NCBI GenBank assembly: GCA_000004985.1
Contig: GG738903.1
DNA length: 64,000 bases
Origin: Naegleria gruberi
Taxonomy: Eukaryota
Direction: 5' to 3' (one strand)
Position numbers and translations under genes: made by a program. This document shows, piece after piece, positions 51,990 through 62,397 of this stretch (position 1 is the first letter of the stretch; each line of letters opens with the position of its first letter). The notes beneath the pieces are model-generated. The model was not told where the DNA came from. It saw nothing but the letters and a program-made list of their open reading frames with translations, and searched no databases.

Positions 51990-52886
51990 TTATTCAACAA
52001 CATCACCACCATTAACATGAATGGTTTGACCAGTTACGTATGAAGAATCCTTACTTGCCAAGTAGACATAAGCTGTGGCGCATTCAAATGGTTGACCAGC
52101 TCGACCCAAAGGAGTAGATTTACCAAATTCCTTCATCTTATCCTCAGGGAATGTACTTGGAATAAGTGGAGTCCAGATTGGACCAGGAGCAACACTATTG
52201 ACAAGAATACCTCTTGAAGCCAAATTACTTGCCAATGATCGAGTGAAGGTAGTGATTGCTCCCTTAGTGGAAGAGTAATCCAATAAGACATCCTTGCCTC
52301 TGTAGGAAGTTACACTGGTAGTATTGATGATTCTACCGGTTTGATCTGGAAGATACTTGAGTGCAGCTCTTGCCATGTAGAAATAGGAAAAGATATTTGT
52401 TTTGAAGGTATTTTCCAGTTGTTCATCACTGATATCTGTCAAATCTTGTTGAACAGTCTGAGTAGCTGCATTATTGACGAGAATGTCGAGTTTGGAGAAT
52501 TCCTTAACTGTCTTTTCAACTGCCTGATTACAAAAATCAGAAGTTCTAACATCTCCTGGAATAAGAAGACATTTTCTTCCTTCCTTTTCAATGAGTTGTT
52601 TTGTTTCTTGAGCATCCTTCTCCTCTTCCTTCAAGTAGACAATTGCCACATTGGCTCCTTCTCTGGCAAAGAGGATTGAAACTGAACGTCCAATTCCTGA
52701 ATCACCTCCAGTAATGAGAGCAACCTTGTCACGTAACTTGTTAGATCCTTTGTAATAGTCTGGATCGTCGTATTGTGGAGCAGTGAGCATGACATGCTCA
52801 AGACCTGGTGGTGATTGTTCTGGTTGCTTTCTGACTTCCTCCTTTGAGAATGAGGTTGGTTTGGATGATATTTGGCCAGTTGACAT
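51990..52886 (-). CDS. Short-chain dehydrogenase/reductase, classical SDR (YghA / glucose-dehydrogenase-related type), 298 aa
   Basis: TGGDSGIGRS cofactor motif, NNAA, catalytic YSSTKGA (YxxxK). Confidence 0.8.
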   Translation of the reverse strand: MSTGQISSKPTSFSKEEVRKQPEQSPPGLEHVMLTAPQYDDPDYYKGSNKLRDKVALITGGDSGIGRSVSILFAREGANVAIVYLKEEEKDAQETKQLIEKEGRKCLLIPGDVRTSDFCNQAVEKTVKEFSKLDILVNNAATQTVQQDLTDISDEQLENTFKTNIFSYFYMARAALKYLPDQTGRIINTTSVTSYRGKDVLLDYSSTKGAITTFTRSLASNLASRGILVNSVAPGPIWTPLIPSTFPEDKMKEFGKSTPLGRAGQPFECATAYVYLASKDSSYVTGQTIHVNGGDVVE

Positions 52887-53081
52887 TTTTTAAGCTAGTA
52901 TTTTGATGTGGAGGCAAATCCTCAAACATTTTATTCATTTACAATAATGGTTTAGATGGAATATTTCCATGTTTGGTTTTGCTAAATTGAATTTTTCCAT
53001 AAACTCATTAGGTATTTTAGGATGGGCTAATTTATTCAACTTGCTAATAGTACAATCTTTCTACTTGTAAAAAGGATAGGT

Positions 53082-53936
53082 TTATCTTCTGAAAGTATTC
53101 ATTCTATTGATATTATTCATAGTATTTTGTTGATGCATTCTTTGCATGTTCTGGCTATGAATATTTTGATGCATTCTCATATTGTCGTGCATTCTGTTCA
53201 TGTTTTGATGATGCATTCTCATGTTATTCTCGTTGGTTCTGCGATTTTGCTCATTGGTTCTATGGATATTTTCATTCATTCGTCTAATATTTTCTCTATG
53301 TATTTCGTTACTTCTGTTAATTGATTCGTTCGTTCTACGGATGCTATCATGTAATCTTCTATTCTCCTCAGCTCTTCTCATGTTATCAAAAACACTATTG
53401 AAATGCTGATCATCGTTATCATCATCATCATTGGCGTAGTATTGAGCTTCTCCTGAGCCATCCATATAAATAGTTCCTCCATTCGACAAATCAACAGGTT
53501 GACCATTAATGTACATTGTAAATCCAGAATTTCGCTGAGGTGGTACATATTCATTCGATTCAGCACCCTCTTGTTGCTCTTGTTGTTGAGGTGGAACATA
53601 TGATTGAGGTTGCTGTTGTCCATCATTCACATAATATTGAGAATAGCCAGCATTTCCATTCGAGACTTGATAAGGCTGAGCATTGTTAAAGTTAACATAA
53701 TTGCCACCAGCAAACATATTATTTCCAAAACCAAACACTAATCCATTATTATTATTATTTGAGCTAGTTCCATTCTCCTGGGCAACCAATCCAGGAATCA
53801 ACAAAACGTCAAATATCTGTCCCACTCCACACAATCCAAATGTGAACAAGTAAACAATACCCATCGTCCACGAATTCAAATAAAATCGATGAATACCAAA
53901 TAAACCAAAGAAACAAAGTGCCCACAGCACATACGC
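53082..53936 (-). CDS. TM2-domain protein with long Asn/Gln/His/Arg/Met-rich low-complexity C-terminal tail; a probable short 5' exon at complement(54003..54020) (MKFACS) joined through a 66-nt intron
   Basis: AYVLWALCFFGLFGIHRFYLNSWTMGIVYLFTFGLCGVGQIFDVLLIPGLV matches the TM2 domain (..G.HRFYLG...G...D); the in-frame ATG lies only in the upstream mini-exon, while the continuous ORF begins at GTG. Confidence 0.55.
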   Translation of the reverse strand, partial: AYVLWALCFFGLFGIHRFYLNSWTMGIVYLFTFGLCGVGQIFDVLLIPGLVAQENGTSSNNNNNGLVFGFGNNMFAGGNYVNFNNAQPYQVSNGNAGYSQYYVNDGQQQPQSYVPPQQQEQQEGAESNEYVPPQRNSGFTMYINGQPVDLSNGGTIYMDGSGEAQYYANDDDDNDDQHFNSVFDNMRRAEENRRLHDSIRRTNESINRSNEIHRENIRRMNENIHRTNEQNRRTNENNMRMHHQNMNRMHDNMRMHQNIHSQNMQRMHQQNTMNNINRMNTFRR

Positions 53937-54303
53937 CTATTTTGGAAATATTTAAAAAAAAACAACATGTAAGATAACGACATGATAGATCACATAATAA
54001 ACCGAACATGCAAATTTCATAATAACATAATTAATAAATATAAATAATATTCGTGATGATGATGAACCAATCGCCACGTAATTTTTTGGTTCATGAAAGT
54101 GGGTAAATGGAGCATCCAAAGTGTTGGCGGGAAAAAAATCAAATTCGCGAAACGTACCATAGTAATGTCTTTCATTTTTTTTTGAGGTTGAAAATTAAAA
54201 GCGCTGAGATATTCAATCAGAGTTGAAATTGAAGGTTACAAAGAAGGAGAATGGTTACAAGTCACCTGTGATTTCGGAGTTGGTCATTTTGATTGGAATG
54301 TTA

Positions 54304-55321
54304 GAAACAGAGTTTCAAAACGAAACATCGCCACTGTATCCTTGTGAATAAGGCCCTTCTCCTGCTATTGTTTCAATAATTCCATTCCTTGATACCTTTC
54401 GAATAGCATTATTGCCACTATCGGATATATACATTTCATCGTTGGAAGAAACAAAAACATGCATTGGATAATTGAGTTGGGCATTTGTTGCTGAGCTACC
54501 ATCTCCTTCAAATCCATCATTTCCATTTCCTGCTATTGTTTTAATTATTCCACTTTTAGAACCTTTCTAATTCTAAAATTATTAGAATCTGTAATATAAA
54601 TTTCTCCATTAGAGTTTACAAATGTGCTCATTGGACAATTGAGTTGAGCCTGAGTGGCCAATCCGTCATCTCCACTGAATCCTTCGTTTCCATTTCCAGC
54701 TATCGTTTCAATTATTCCACTTTTCGAAACCTTTCTAATACGATGATTTGCTGAATCCGTAATATATACCTCTTCGTTGAATACAAATACATTCATTGGA
54801 CAGTTGAGCTCGGCATTAATTGCCAAACCACCATCTCCTGAACATCCTAATTTTCCATTTCCTGCTATTGTTACAATATTTCCGTTTTGTAAAACCTTTC
54901 TAACTCGATTATTCAGATAATCCGAAATATAAACTTCTCCATTTTCTGAAACAAACACACTCGTTGGATAATTTAATTTGGCATTAATAGCTGGACCATT
55001 ATCTCCTTCAAATCCACCTTCTCCATTTCCAGCAATCGTTTCAATTATTCCATTATTCGAAACCTTTCTAATTCGATGATTATGATAATCTGCAATATAT
55101 ACTTCCTCCTTTACAACAAACACACCATTTGGATAATTTAATTTAGCATTAATTGCCAATCCACCATCACTCGAAAACCCCAATTCACCATTCCCTGCTA
55201 CTGTCATGATTTTCTGATTATTTAATTTTCTAATTCGATGATTGTTGCAATCAGCGATAAAAATTTCATCATTTGATGAAACAAAAACGCACGTGGGTCC
55301 GAAGAGTTGAATTGGAGGCAT
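54304..55321 (-). CDS. NHL-repeat (six-bladed beta-propeller) protein interrupted by an apparent 1-nt frameshift near 54555-54562; either a sequencing error or a pseudogene
   Basis: Five repeats of YITD..N.RIRKV...G.I.TIAGNG..GFSGDGG.A..A.LN.P in ORF 54545..55321; a sixth repeat (SGIIKTIAGNGNDGFEGDGSSATNAQLNYPMHVFVSSNDEMYISDSGNNAIRKV) continues in the -1 frame down to the stop at 54304. Confidence 0.6.
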
Positions 55322-55529
55322 TTTTTTCTTGTTTTTTACAACGACAATGAACTTTGATTTTCACAACTGTAAAATTCATTTAATCTTTTGGATTCAAGTC
55401 GTATATGGCTCAGGATGGTGAAATTGGTTACATATTTAACGATCGAGGAATAATAAACTAAAACTAAAGGAAAGTCTATACATTAATTTAGTTTTAATTA
55501 TTATTTACAAATTATTAGTTTTTAAATGA

Positions 55530-56387
55530 CTATTTTCCAAGGGCCTTATTTAACAATTCCACAGTGTGTTTCCAAACTGTTTCTCTGATACTATCGCTAT
55601 GACTCTTTGTCACTTTTGCTGGCTCTCCATGTTCATCCAATAAATGGAAACCCTTCCGTGTCGATTCTGAACTTAATCCCTTGTAAATATTGTCGGCACA
55701 TTGTTCTGGAGATCTGGCAAAGTTTTGGAAGAAACGTGTGGTCCATCTCACGACAGCTGGCATTTCACGTCCCCATTGTGTGGCAATGAATCCAGGAGCT
55801 TGATGAATGAATGCAATATTTTGATTGCCTTCCTCTTTGGATAATTGATCCATGGCTAGATCATTGTAAAATCCAGCTGCATCTGCTGCATTCTTCAATG
55901 TAAAATTGTGTTTCAAATCCAAATCATCCAATTTAGTGTAAGGTGAATGAACACCAGCTGATAAAACAGTCAAGACTCTCACATCTGAATTCTTTGATGT
56001 CAATCTCAATAAATCTTGCAATTGTCTCACAAACATAACTCTTCCATAATAATGAAGTGCCAATTTAACATCAATTCCTTCCTTTGTTTCTGTTCTTCCA
56101 TTCATACTTGCAATTCCCTGTGAGAGAACACAATAATCCAATCGATCATGATTTTGTTTATATTCCTCACACACTTTTTCAATATCCTTCATGAGAGAGG
56201 CATCCACTTTGATCATTTCAAACTTTCCTTCTGGATTCAATTTTTTCATTTCTTCAATAATTTCCTTTCCTGCTTCTTCACTTCTTCCCATAATTGAAAC
56301 ATTGAATTTTTGAGAGGCAAATTTAATTGCCAATGCTCTTCCGATACCTGATGTACCTCCAACACACAGTGCTTGTTTAGTAGCCAT
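55530..56387 (-). CDS. Short-chain dehydrogenase/reductase family protein (Rossmann fold), approx 286 aa; start set at MATKQALCVGG
   Basis: N-terminal GGTSGIGRALA dinucleotide-binding motif; the ORF is open further upstream, but Met 56387 sits directly before the Rossmann motif. Confidence 0.7.
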   Translation of the reverse strand: MATKQALCVGGTSGIGRALAIKFASQKFNVSIMGRSEEAGKEIIEEMKKLNPEGKFEMIKVDASLMKDIEKVCEEYKQNHDRLDYCVLSQGIASMNGRTETKEGIDVKLALHYYGRVMFVRQLQDLLRLTSKNSDVRVLTVLSAGVHSPYTKLDDLDLKHNFTLKNAADAAGFYNDLAMDQLSKEEGNQNIAFIHQAPGFIATQWGREMPAVVRWTTRFFQNFARSPEQCADNIYKGLSSESTRKGFHLLDEHGEPAKVTKSHSDSIRETVWKHTVELLNKALGK

Positions 56388-57867
56388 TTTTGTTTCTGAT
56401 AAATTTGTAGAGATGATTGTTGTTTTGTTTTTTTTTGAAATTATTTGAGAGATTTGCAAGAAGTTTTTATTCGCTGCGTTCATCCGGGAAGACTTTGAGG
56501 CATAAGTACAAAAAAATTGATAAACACCACTGGTCCCAGCACAATTTGACCCTCCACCATTGTTAATCTGAGTCATCTCTCATCAGGAAATCTTCTCTCT
56601 TCAACCTCTGCGTATTGGATGGTACTTCTCTTGTTTGAATGTATTTTGAAGGTTCCAGTTGATAACCGAAACGATATGTTCTGAGCACTCTTTCCAGCAT
56701 AGAAGCTTTGAAAGTATGCTCAGCACATAATTGACATCATGATAAATTATTGGAAAGTGAGCAATCATGGTTGTTCAACACTGTAGTTCCTTCTTTCGTC
56801 AGCAAAATGAACAGAAAGTTATACCACTCACCATATTTATAAATAATCTATTTTTATTAATTGCTATTTTTATTATTTTTTAATTGAAATTAATTTTTAT
56901 TAACATTAATTTCAATTAAAAAAAAATGCCTAAACCAAATCATCTGATCCTGAACCATGGCAGTTAATGAAGAAAGTAAGTAGTTTATAGTAAATAATTA
57001 ACAATTTGAACAGAATTAATTGAGTTATTCAGTGAAACTCAAAAACAAGCCTAAATCCAATTTAAACTAAAACAATTGATCAACGTAAGTTTTTTTATCA
57101 TTTCAACTTTTATTTAACTAAAAACCTAGTCCGCACAATCAAACCAGCAACAGCAGTCATTAACAAATGTAAGTTTAAACCGATTTATTTATTGATGATT
57201 AACATATTTTTTTGTTAAATATCTGAAATTTTCAACTGTCACAAAGAGAAGGGTATTGAGTTGATTCATTAGTTGTAAGTCACTTTTCTTTTATTGTTAT
57301 TAATTCAAAACTAACAAGAATACATTATTGAAGAGCCCTTAACTGACCCGAAGAGGATGATCTTGAAGAAGGCTGACAGAACTCATGGTGCTTCAAATCA
57401 ACTGTTTCTTCTTGGCCTTTTCGTTAGCACTGAATCAATGATGATTAAGCTTATATTACGGCTGTGATGTGGTGCCATTTTTTTGTTGATTACTTCCAAT
57501 TTATTTAGGTTGACCACAACTATTTTCAATAAACATTTTTCTTCAACTACAAGTCAAATCAAGTCTTCTGAGAACAATGTAAAGTGAGCAATCTGAGCAC
57601 ACATACTAGCACACCCCCCAGAACAGTGCTCAGAAGACTTCTCAGCACACCTCTCAGAACTGTGCCCAGATCAATCCCAGCACAGATTCCTAGCACAGTG
57701 CCTAGAAGTGTGCTGGAGATGATTTACCTGGGAAGCCCCTGGGATGACCACTCGGAATAAATTGCTTTTGAAAAAGATAAATTGATGCGCACGCAGCTTG
57801 GATGTGCTGAGGAAAATTAAAACGTACGAGCAGAGATTTCATTTCTACTACTGTTTGGCTCATTGTT

Positions 57868-59503
57868 TCAATTTCCAATAACTTCAGAATAGTAATTAGT
57901 GCTAGATTGTTCTGGATGATGATGAAGAAGAAGTGGTGAATGATTGGAGGAAAAATTTTGTTTGGATTTGAAACAACAGGAATAGCAAGATTTCAATTCA
58001 TCCATTTCGAATTCAATGTTGAGTAAACTGGCTGTAACGAGAAGGAGAATTAAGCTTGATAATATGTCGAGGGTTTGTTTCAGAGCACTTTCATTGGAAA
58101 TGCCAAGACTTAGGGCAATAGAAATGCAGAATGCAATGTAAACTAGAGTGATAAATACAAGATATTTGGCAAACTGAAAGATTTCGAATATAATTTAGAA
58201 AAGGTTAATGAAGAAACATACCTGACTTTTCCAAATGCTCACATCTGAAACTTTCTTCAGTGCTCTTCCAATAATTATTCCAAAAATTACGAATACTATT
58301 CAAATTGTAAATAGATTGCGAACCATTTCATAACTTACCTAATAGAGCAAGTGAAAATCCATTCAAAAAGTAAACTTTGGTCAAGACACGTTCCTTTGGC
58401 AAAACAAGAAGCATAGTTATTGGAACTGCAACTCCAAAAAATGACATTAGAAATGGAATTCCATAAATCAACAAGCTGTAAATTAAATTCTTCTTATTGA
58501 AAAAAACCAAAACCTTCCTCATCCAACCTCCCAACCATGAGAAGAGTGCCAACAATAATATAATATTCAAACAATCAATAATAGTTGGTACAATTAAGGC
58601 AATACCGTCTTCTGGATCTAACACAACAGCAAACATGTAAAATATTGCCTCTATCAATAATTTGAGCATTGTGTAAGAAATGGTGAGCATGTGAAAGAAT
58701 GACTTTGTTCTGATTGAATGGACCAGTTTTGGAATAAACACAATAAATAATCCAATAAAAAACTCTCCAACAATAATAGATTCCAACAATGCACGAATGG
58801 CAATGTGAATTATTTTGTCACTATTATAAGGTAAACATTTTGGTTGGTAGTATCCATTTGATAAACAAGTGCAATAGTAGGAAAATTCATTTTTGGACAG
58901 TTCACTTGTTTTAGATTTTGAATTATTGAACAGGAATGGAATTCCATATTCGAATGTTCCACAAAATAGCATTGAAGTTGGAAAATTGGTAATGGCCTGT
59001 TGTACAATCTCATTGTTTGCTTTACATTCCCTTCTCCTCACCAAATCTCTAAACACAACACTGTTATTTCCACAATATTGACATGCATTGATCCATTCCT
59101 CAACTGAACTATCCGAATGTTTCATCAAATTGTGCATGGAATTTTCTGGTAATCCACCACATAATACATCTATACAAGTTCTATTCCACTTGACCTCCAA
59201 ATTCCTAATCTTTTTGCAAATATTTTCATTCGAAACAATATTAATTCGTTCACCATCCCACTTGACCTTCTCCGTATAAAGTACATCTTCACATGAAAAT
59301 CCATCAGGAATCCAACTTTCAATATAAATATCATCAATTGAACCCGACATTTTCGAAGAAACTCCTGAACATTGCTGAAAGAAAGGATTCAGCCACTGCA
59401 AAGAGTAAACATTACCAGAAATAAAAATTAAAATAATTAAAAGACTGATCACACTTCCCAATGATGTAGAAGAGATGTTCTTGTGAGATTCAAATCGATG
59501 CAT
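57868..59503 (-). CDS. Predicted 7TM membrane protein with a Cys-rich N-terminal ectodomain (GPCR-like), approx 514 aa, 3 exons join(complement(57868..58173),complement(58222..58295),complement(58339..59503))
   Basis: N-terminal signal/anchor; about 230-aa ectodomain with about 14 Cys; seven hydrophobic helices; donors GTAAGT and GTATGT, acceptors AATAG and TTCAG; introns of 43 and 48 nt keep the frame. Confidence 0.6.
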
Positions 59504-59764
59504 TTTTTTCTTTTGTAAATTGGCGGGAAATTTGATCTCTAGAAATTTATTGAAATGTGAAAACTAGTCGAACACAACAAATCAATAAATAGTATGGATG
59601 TAGAAAATTCCAGAATTATCTTGCGCTGTAATATTGTTTACAAGGAGCTTTAAATTAAATCTCCTGCGGAGTAACTCCTCAAACACTTCGTCGTGATTCT
59701 TGTGTTGTTTTTTCTTATCTCTTAAAAAAATGTCAAGATCGATTCTCGGCAATGCCTTTGTGTT

Positions 59765-60478
59765 GTGTTCCTTGTTGGTAATCTTTGCATTTGTTCCATT
59801 ATTAGTGGTGGTAAATTAAAGTATTCGAAACAAAGTATCAAAGAACCTCAACGTCCACTTCTTGCTCCACACTTTACCATGAAATGGAGAATTGTTGCCT
59901 CTACCAATGACAATTCTAGTATTCCACTTGATTGGCATCCTCTTCCACCAAAGAATGTGAAATACATGCTTGGTACTGGAACTACCTATTATGATTGGTC
60001 TCAAAAAGCCATGTTAGAAGTTTATGATGATTATTGTGTTCCAATCTTTGGTCCACTCACAGACAAGATCAATCAATTCAGATGTAATTTCCTTAATGTT
60101 AATTTGACAAGTTATCTCATTAGTTTGGATCCATCTCCATTTCCAAAATGTTGTGTGTTTGGTGAACAAGTTTTCCATCCTCCAGAACCAACCTTTTTGA
60201 ACAACATGTTCTACAATTCAAGTGCTGCACTTTTTGGTAAGCCAGTGGATTGGTGGGTTTTGGATACTGATCAGAATGATCCTGCAGAACCTTTCGGATA
60301 TGGTTTCTATCCAAAAGATCAAGTTAGTGGCTATCAAACACCTGCTGCTTTTTGGTTTAGAACTGTTGATGGATTTTCTATTCAATATTTCAAAGATTTT
60401 GAAGTGAAAAAGCCAGATCCATCTGTTTGGAAATTACCTTCATATTGTGTCAATGCTCCATCGTGTGGATATTTGTAA
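59765..60478 (+). CDS. Hypothetical (probably secreted) Cys-containing protein; a possible upstream signal-peptide exon 59730..59777 (MSRSILGNAFVLCSLL) joined via a 44-nt intron to 59822
   Basis: ORF 59765..60478; an upstream in-frame-after-splicing ATG with hydrophobic leader, GT donor at 59778 and AAAG acceptor at 59821. Confidence 0.45.
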   Translation: MFLVGNLCICSIISGGKLKYSKQSIKEPQRPLLAPHFTMKWRIVASTNDNSSIPLDWHPLPPKNVKYMLGTGTTYYDWSQKAMLEVYDDYCVPIFGPLTDKINQFRCNFLNVNLTSYLISLDPSPFPKCCVFGEQVFHPPEPTFLNNMFYNSSAALFGKPVDWWVLDTDQNDPAEPFGYGFYPKDQVSGYQTPAAFWFRTVDGFSIQYFKDFEVKKPDPSVWKLPSYCVNAPSCGYL

Positions 60479-61002
60479 ATTAAATTGATCAAATTAAAAA
60501 AGTTTTTCTTTATCAACTTTATTCGGAAGCCTTCTTCCTATCCAAGTTGGTGATGAAGAAGGTTTTGTATTTTTTATTTTTTTATTAAAATATTTAACGG
60601 TAATGTTGTGAGGCAACAAACACAATTGTCCATAAATAACATTAAAAACAACTTTGGAATAATAATTCACTATTTAAATCTTTTCAATACCATTCAACCA
60701 TTCTCTAACAACAAATCAAAGGTAACTTCTTTGCTGCTTTAAAATTTGCCGCCAAAACCAAGTACAATTTTCTTTAATACCGCCCACATGTTTATCCAAG
60801 TACATCACCACCAACCGATTAATGTTTTCCCTCGTAACAACACGTTCACCGTAAAGTTTCAGCAAACGCATCATAGGATTGTTATCACTAAAATTCAAAA
60901 AAAAAAATAGACGCACCCGATCCTGCCTTAATCAAGCTAGGAATTTGCAATACGATTTTGTATAATAATCAAACCCTATAATAATCATATACACTAGAGA
61001 AA

Positions 61003-61809
61003 ATGGGAAGTGCTTGTTCTTCGACCTCTAATGTTGCCGAAAAGGAAAAAGTTGAGGATGAACCAAAGACTCACAGAAGTACTAAGAAGGAATCATTCAA
61101 GAAGGAGCCACCAAAGGAACAAAAAGATCATGATGATAACAAATCAACAACCTCATCAAAATCGAGTAAATCAGGAAAACATAAACCAGCTAAGGTAGAG
61201 GAACAGGCAAAAGAAGTGCAAGCTGAAGAGGAAACTACATCGGAGAAAAAACAAGAAGAAACAAGTGAATGTGGATCGAATTCACCTCCAAAAATTGAGG
61301 AAAAGGCAGAAATTGAAGAGGAAGCTGAAGAAATTGAAAACAAGGAAGAAGAAGATAAGGAGGAAAGTGAAGAGGAAGCCGAAGAAGTAGACAATAAGGA
61401 GGAAGAAAATAAGGAAGAAGAGGCAAATGAGGAAGTAGAAGAGGAAGCTGAAGAAGTAGAAAACAAGGAGGAAGAAAATATGGAAGAAAATGAAGAAGAA
61501 TCATCTGAAAAGGTAGAAGAAGATTTGGAAAAGTTACAGGAAGATATTGAAAAGGTTGAGCAGGCTCTCGAAGAAGCTGAAGAACAACTTGATGAGCTTG
61601 AAAAGGAAGAAGAAAACCAAGAAGAAGCCAATGAAGAAGCAGAAGAACAACAGGAAGAAGAGCAGGAAGAGAAGGCAGCTCTCGATGAAGAGGAAGGAGA
61701 TGTAATGCAACCAGAAGATGACAATATTCAAGGTCTTGACAACCAAGAAGATGAACAAGCCGAAGCTGAACCAGAAGCAGAAGTTCAGGGTGGAGGTGAC
61801 GATGAATAA
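61003..61809 (+). CDS. Highly acidic Glu/Lys-rich low-complexity protein, 268 aa, with N-terminal MGSACSS (myristoylation plus palmitoylation-type motif)
   Basis: Translation; EEEAEEVENKEEEN-type repeats; Gly2, Cys5, Ser6. Confidence 0.5.
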   Translation: MGSACSSTSNVAEKEKVEDEPKTHRSTKKESFKKEPPKEQKDHDDNKSTTSSKSSKSGKHKPAKVEEQAKEVQAEEETTSEKKQEETSECGSNSPPKIEEKAEIEEEAEEIENKEEEDKEESEEEAEEVDNKEEENKEEEANEEVEEEAEEVENKEEENMEENEEESSEKVEEDLEKLQEDIEKVEQALEEAEEQLDELEKEEENQEEANEEAEEQQEEEQEEKAALDEEEGDVMQPEDDNIQGLDNQEDEQAEAEPEAEVQGGGDDE

Positions 61810-62397
61810 TCAATAGTAAAATTGTACATTAAAAACTTTAAGCAAAACAGATTACTGAATCTCAGATAGCATAGTGATGTAGTCCGTCATGAGTTGGTGA
61901 CACGCCGGTCTCCTCGGTTAATAATTAATGTGTAAATAAAGTTTTCCATCATATGAAACAGTATTAATGAAACCAAAAGTTTCACTTTGCCGAATGTGTT
62001 TTCAAAACAGTAAATCTTGTTAATTAATTTTTGTTCTTTTTTATTGTGGTTAGAATTTTTTATTGTTAAATCAAAAACTGCAGCAAGAAACAACTCCCTA
62101 AAAACTGTTACTAGTTTTAATCCCTTACGGATTTAATTAATTTCAAATAATCAGTTTGAAGCATTAATACTCAATTTTCTTAAGTAAAATACAGAGTATC
62201 TTCTCCTATAGTCAGAAATACAACTTTTGTGGTTGTGGTTCGGTAAATTCATTTATAAACAATGAAATGTTTTCCACAGTTAATATTCTAATTGAATTTT
62301 TTATTTACAATTAGTTCTTAATTTGGTAACCGACTTTACTATTACAATTGTATATTATTTTACATTATTTTAAAAAATTAATTTCACAAAAAAAAAT

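Noticed and set aside
57430-57485. Possible box C/D snoRNA (TGATGA box plus terminal stem ggcc.../...ggtgcc)
   Set aside because: No CUGA D box adjacent to the 3' stem (only CTGTGA), and no convincing D'/C' pair. This is probably chance in AT-rich DNA.
57400-57620. Resemblance of cttcttggccttttcgttagc to the 5' end of U2/U5 snRNA, and of gagcacacatactagcaca to the U6 snRNA core (GCAGCACAUAUACUAAAAU)
   Set aside because: Key invariant elements are missing or mutated. There is no GUAGUA branch-point-binding sequence for U2, no ACAGAGA or AUUGGAAC for U6, and no Sm site. The similarity is too short and degenerate.
61128-61813. Ser-rich (198 aa) and Leu/Pro-rich (192 aa) minus-strand ORFs
   Set aside because: These are antisense to the GAA-rich repeat of the acidic protein gene. 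A purine-rich strand trivially yields open frames on its complement.
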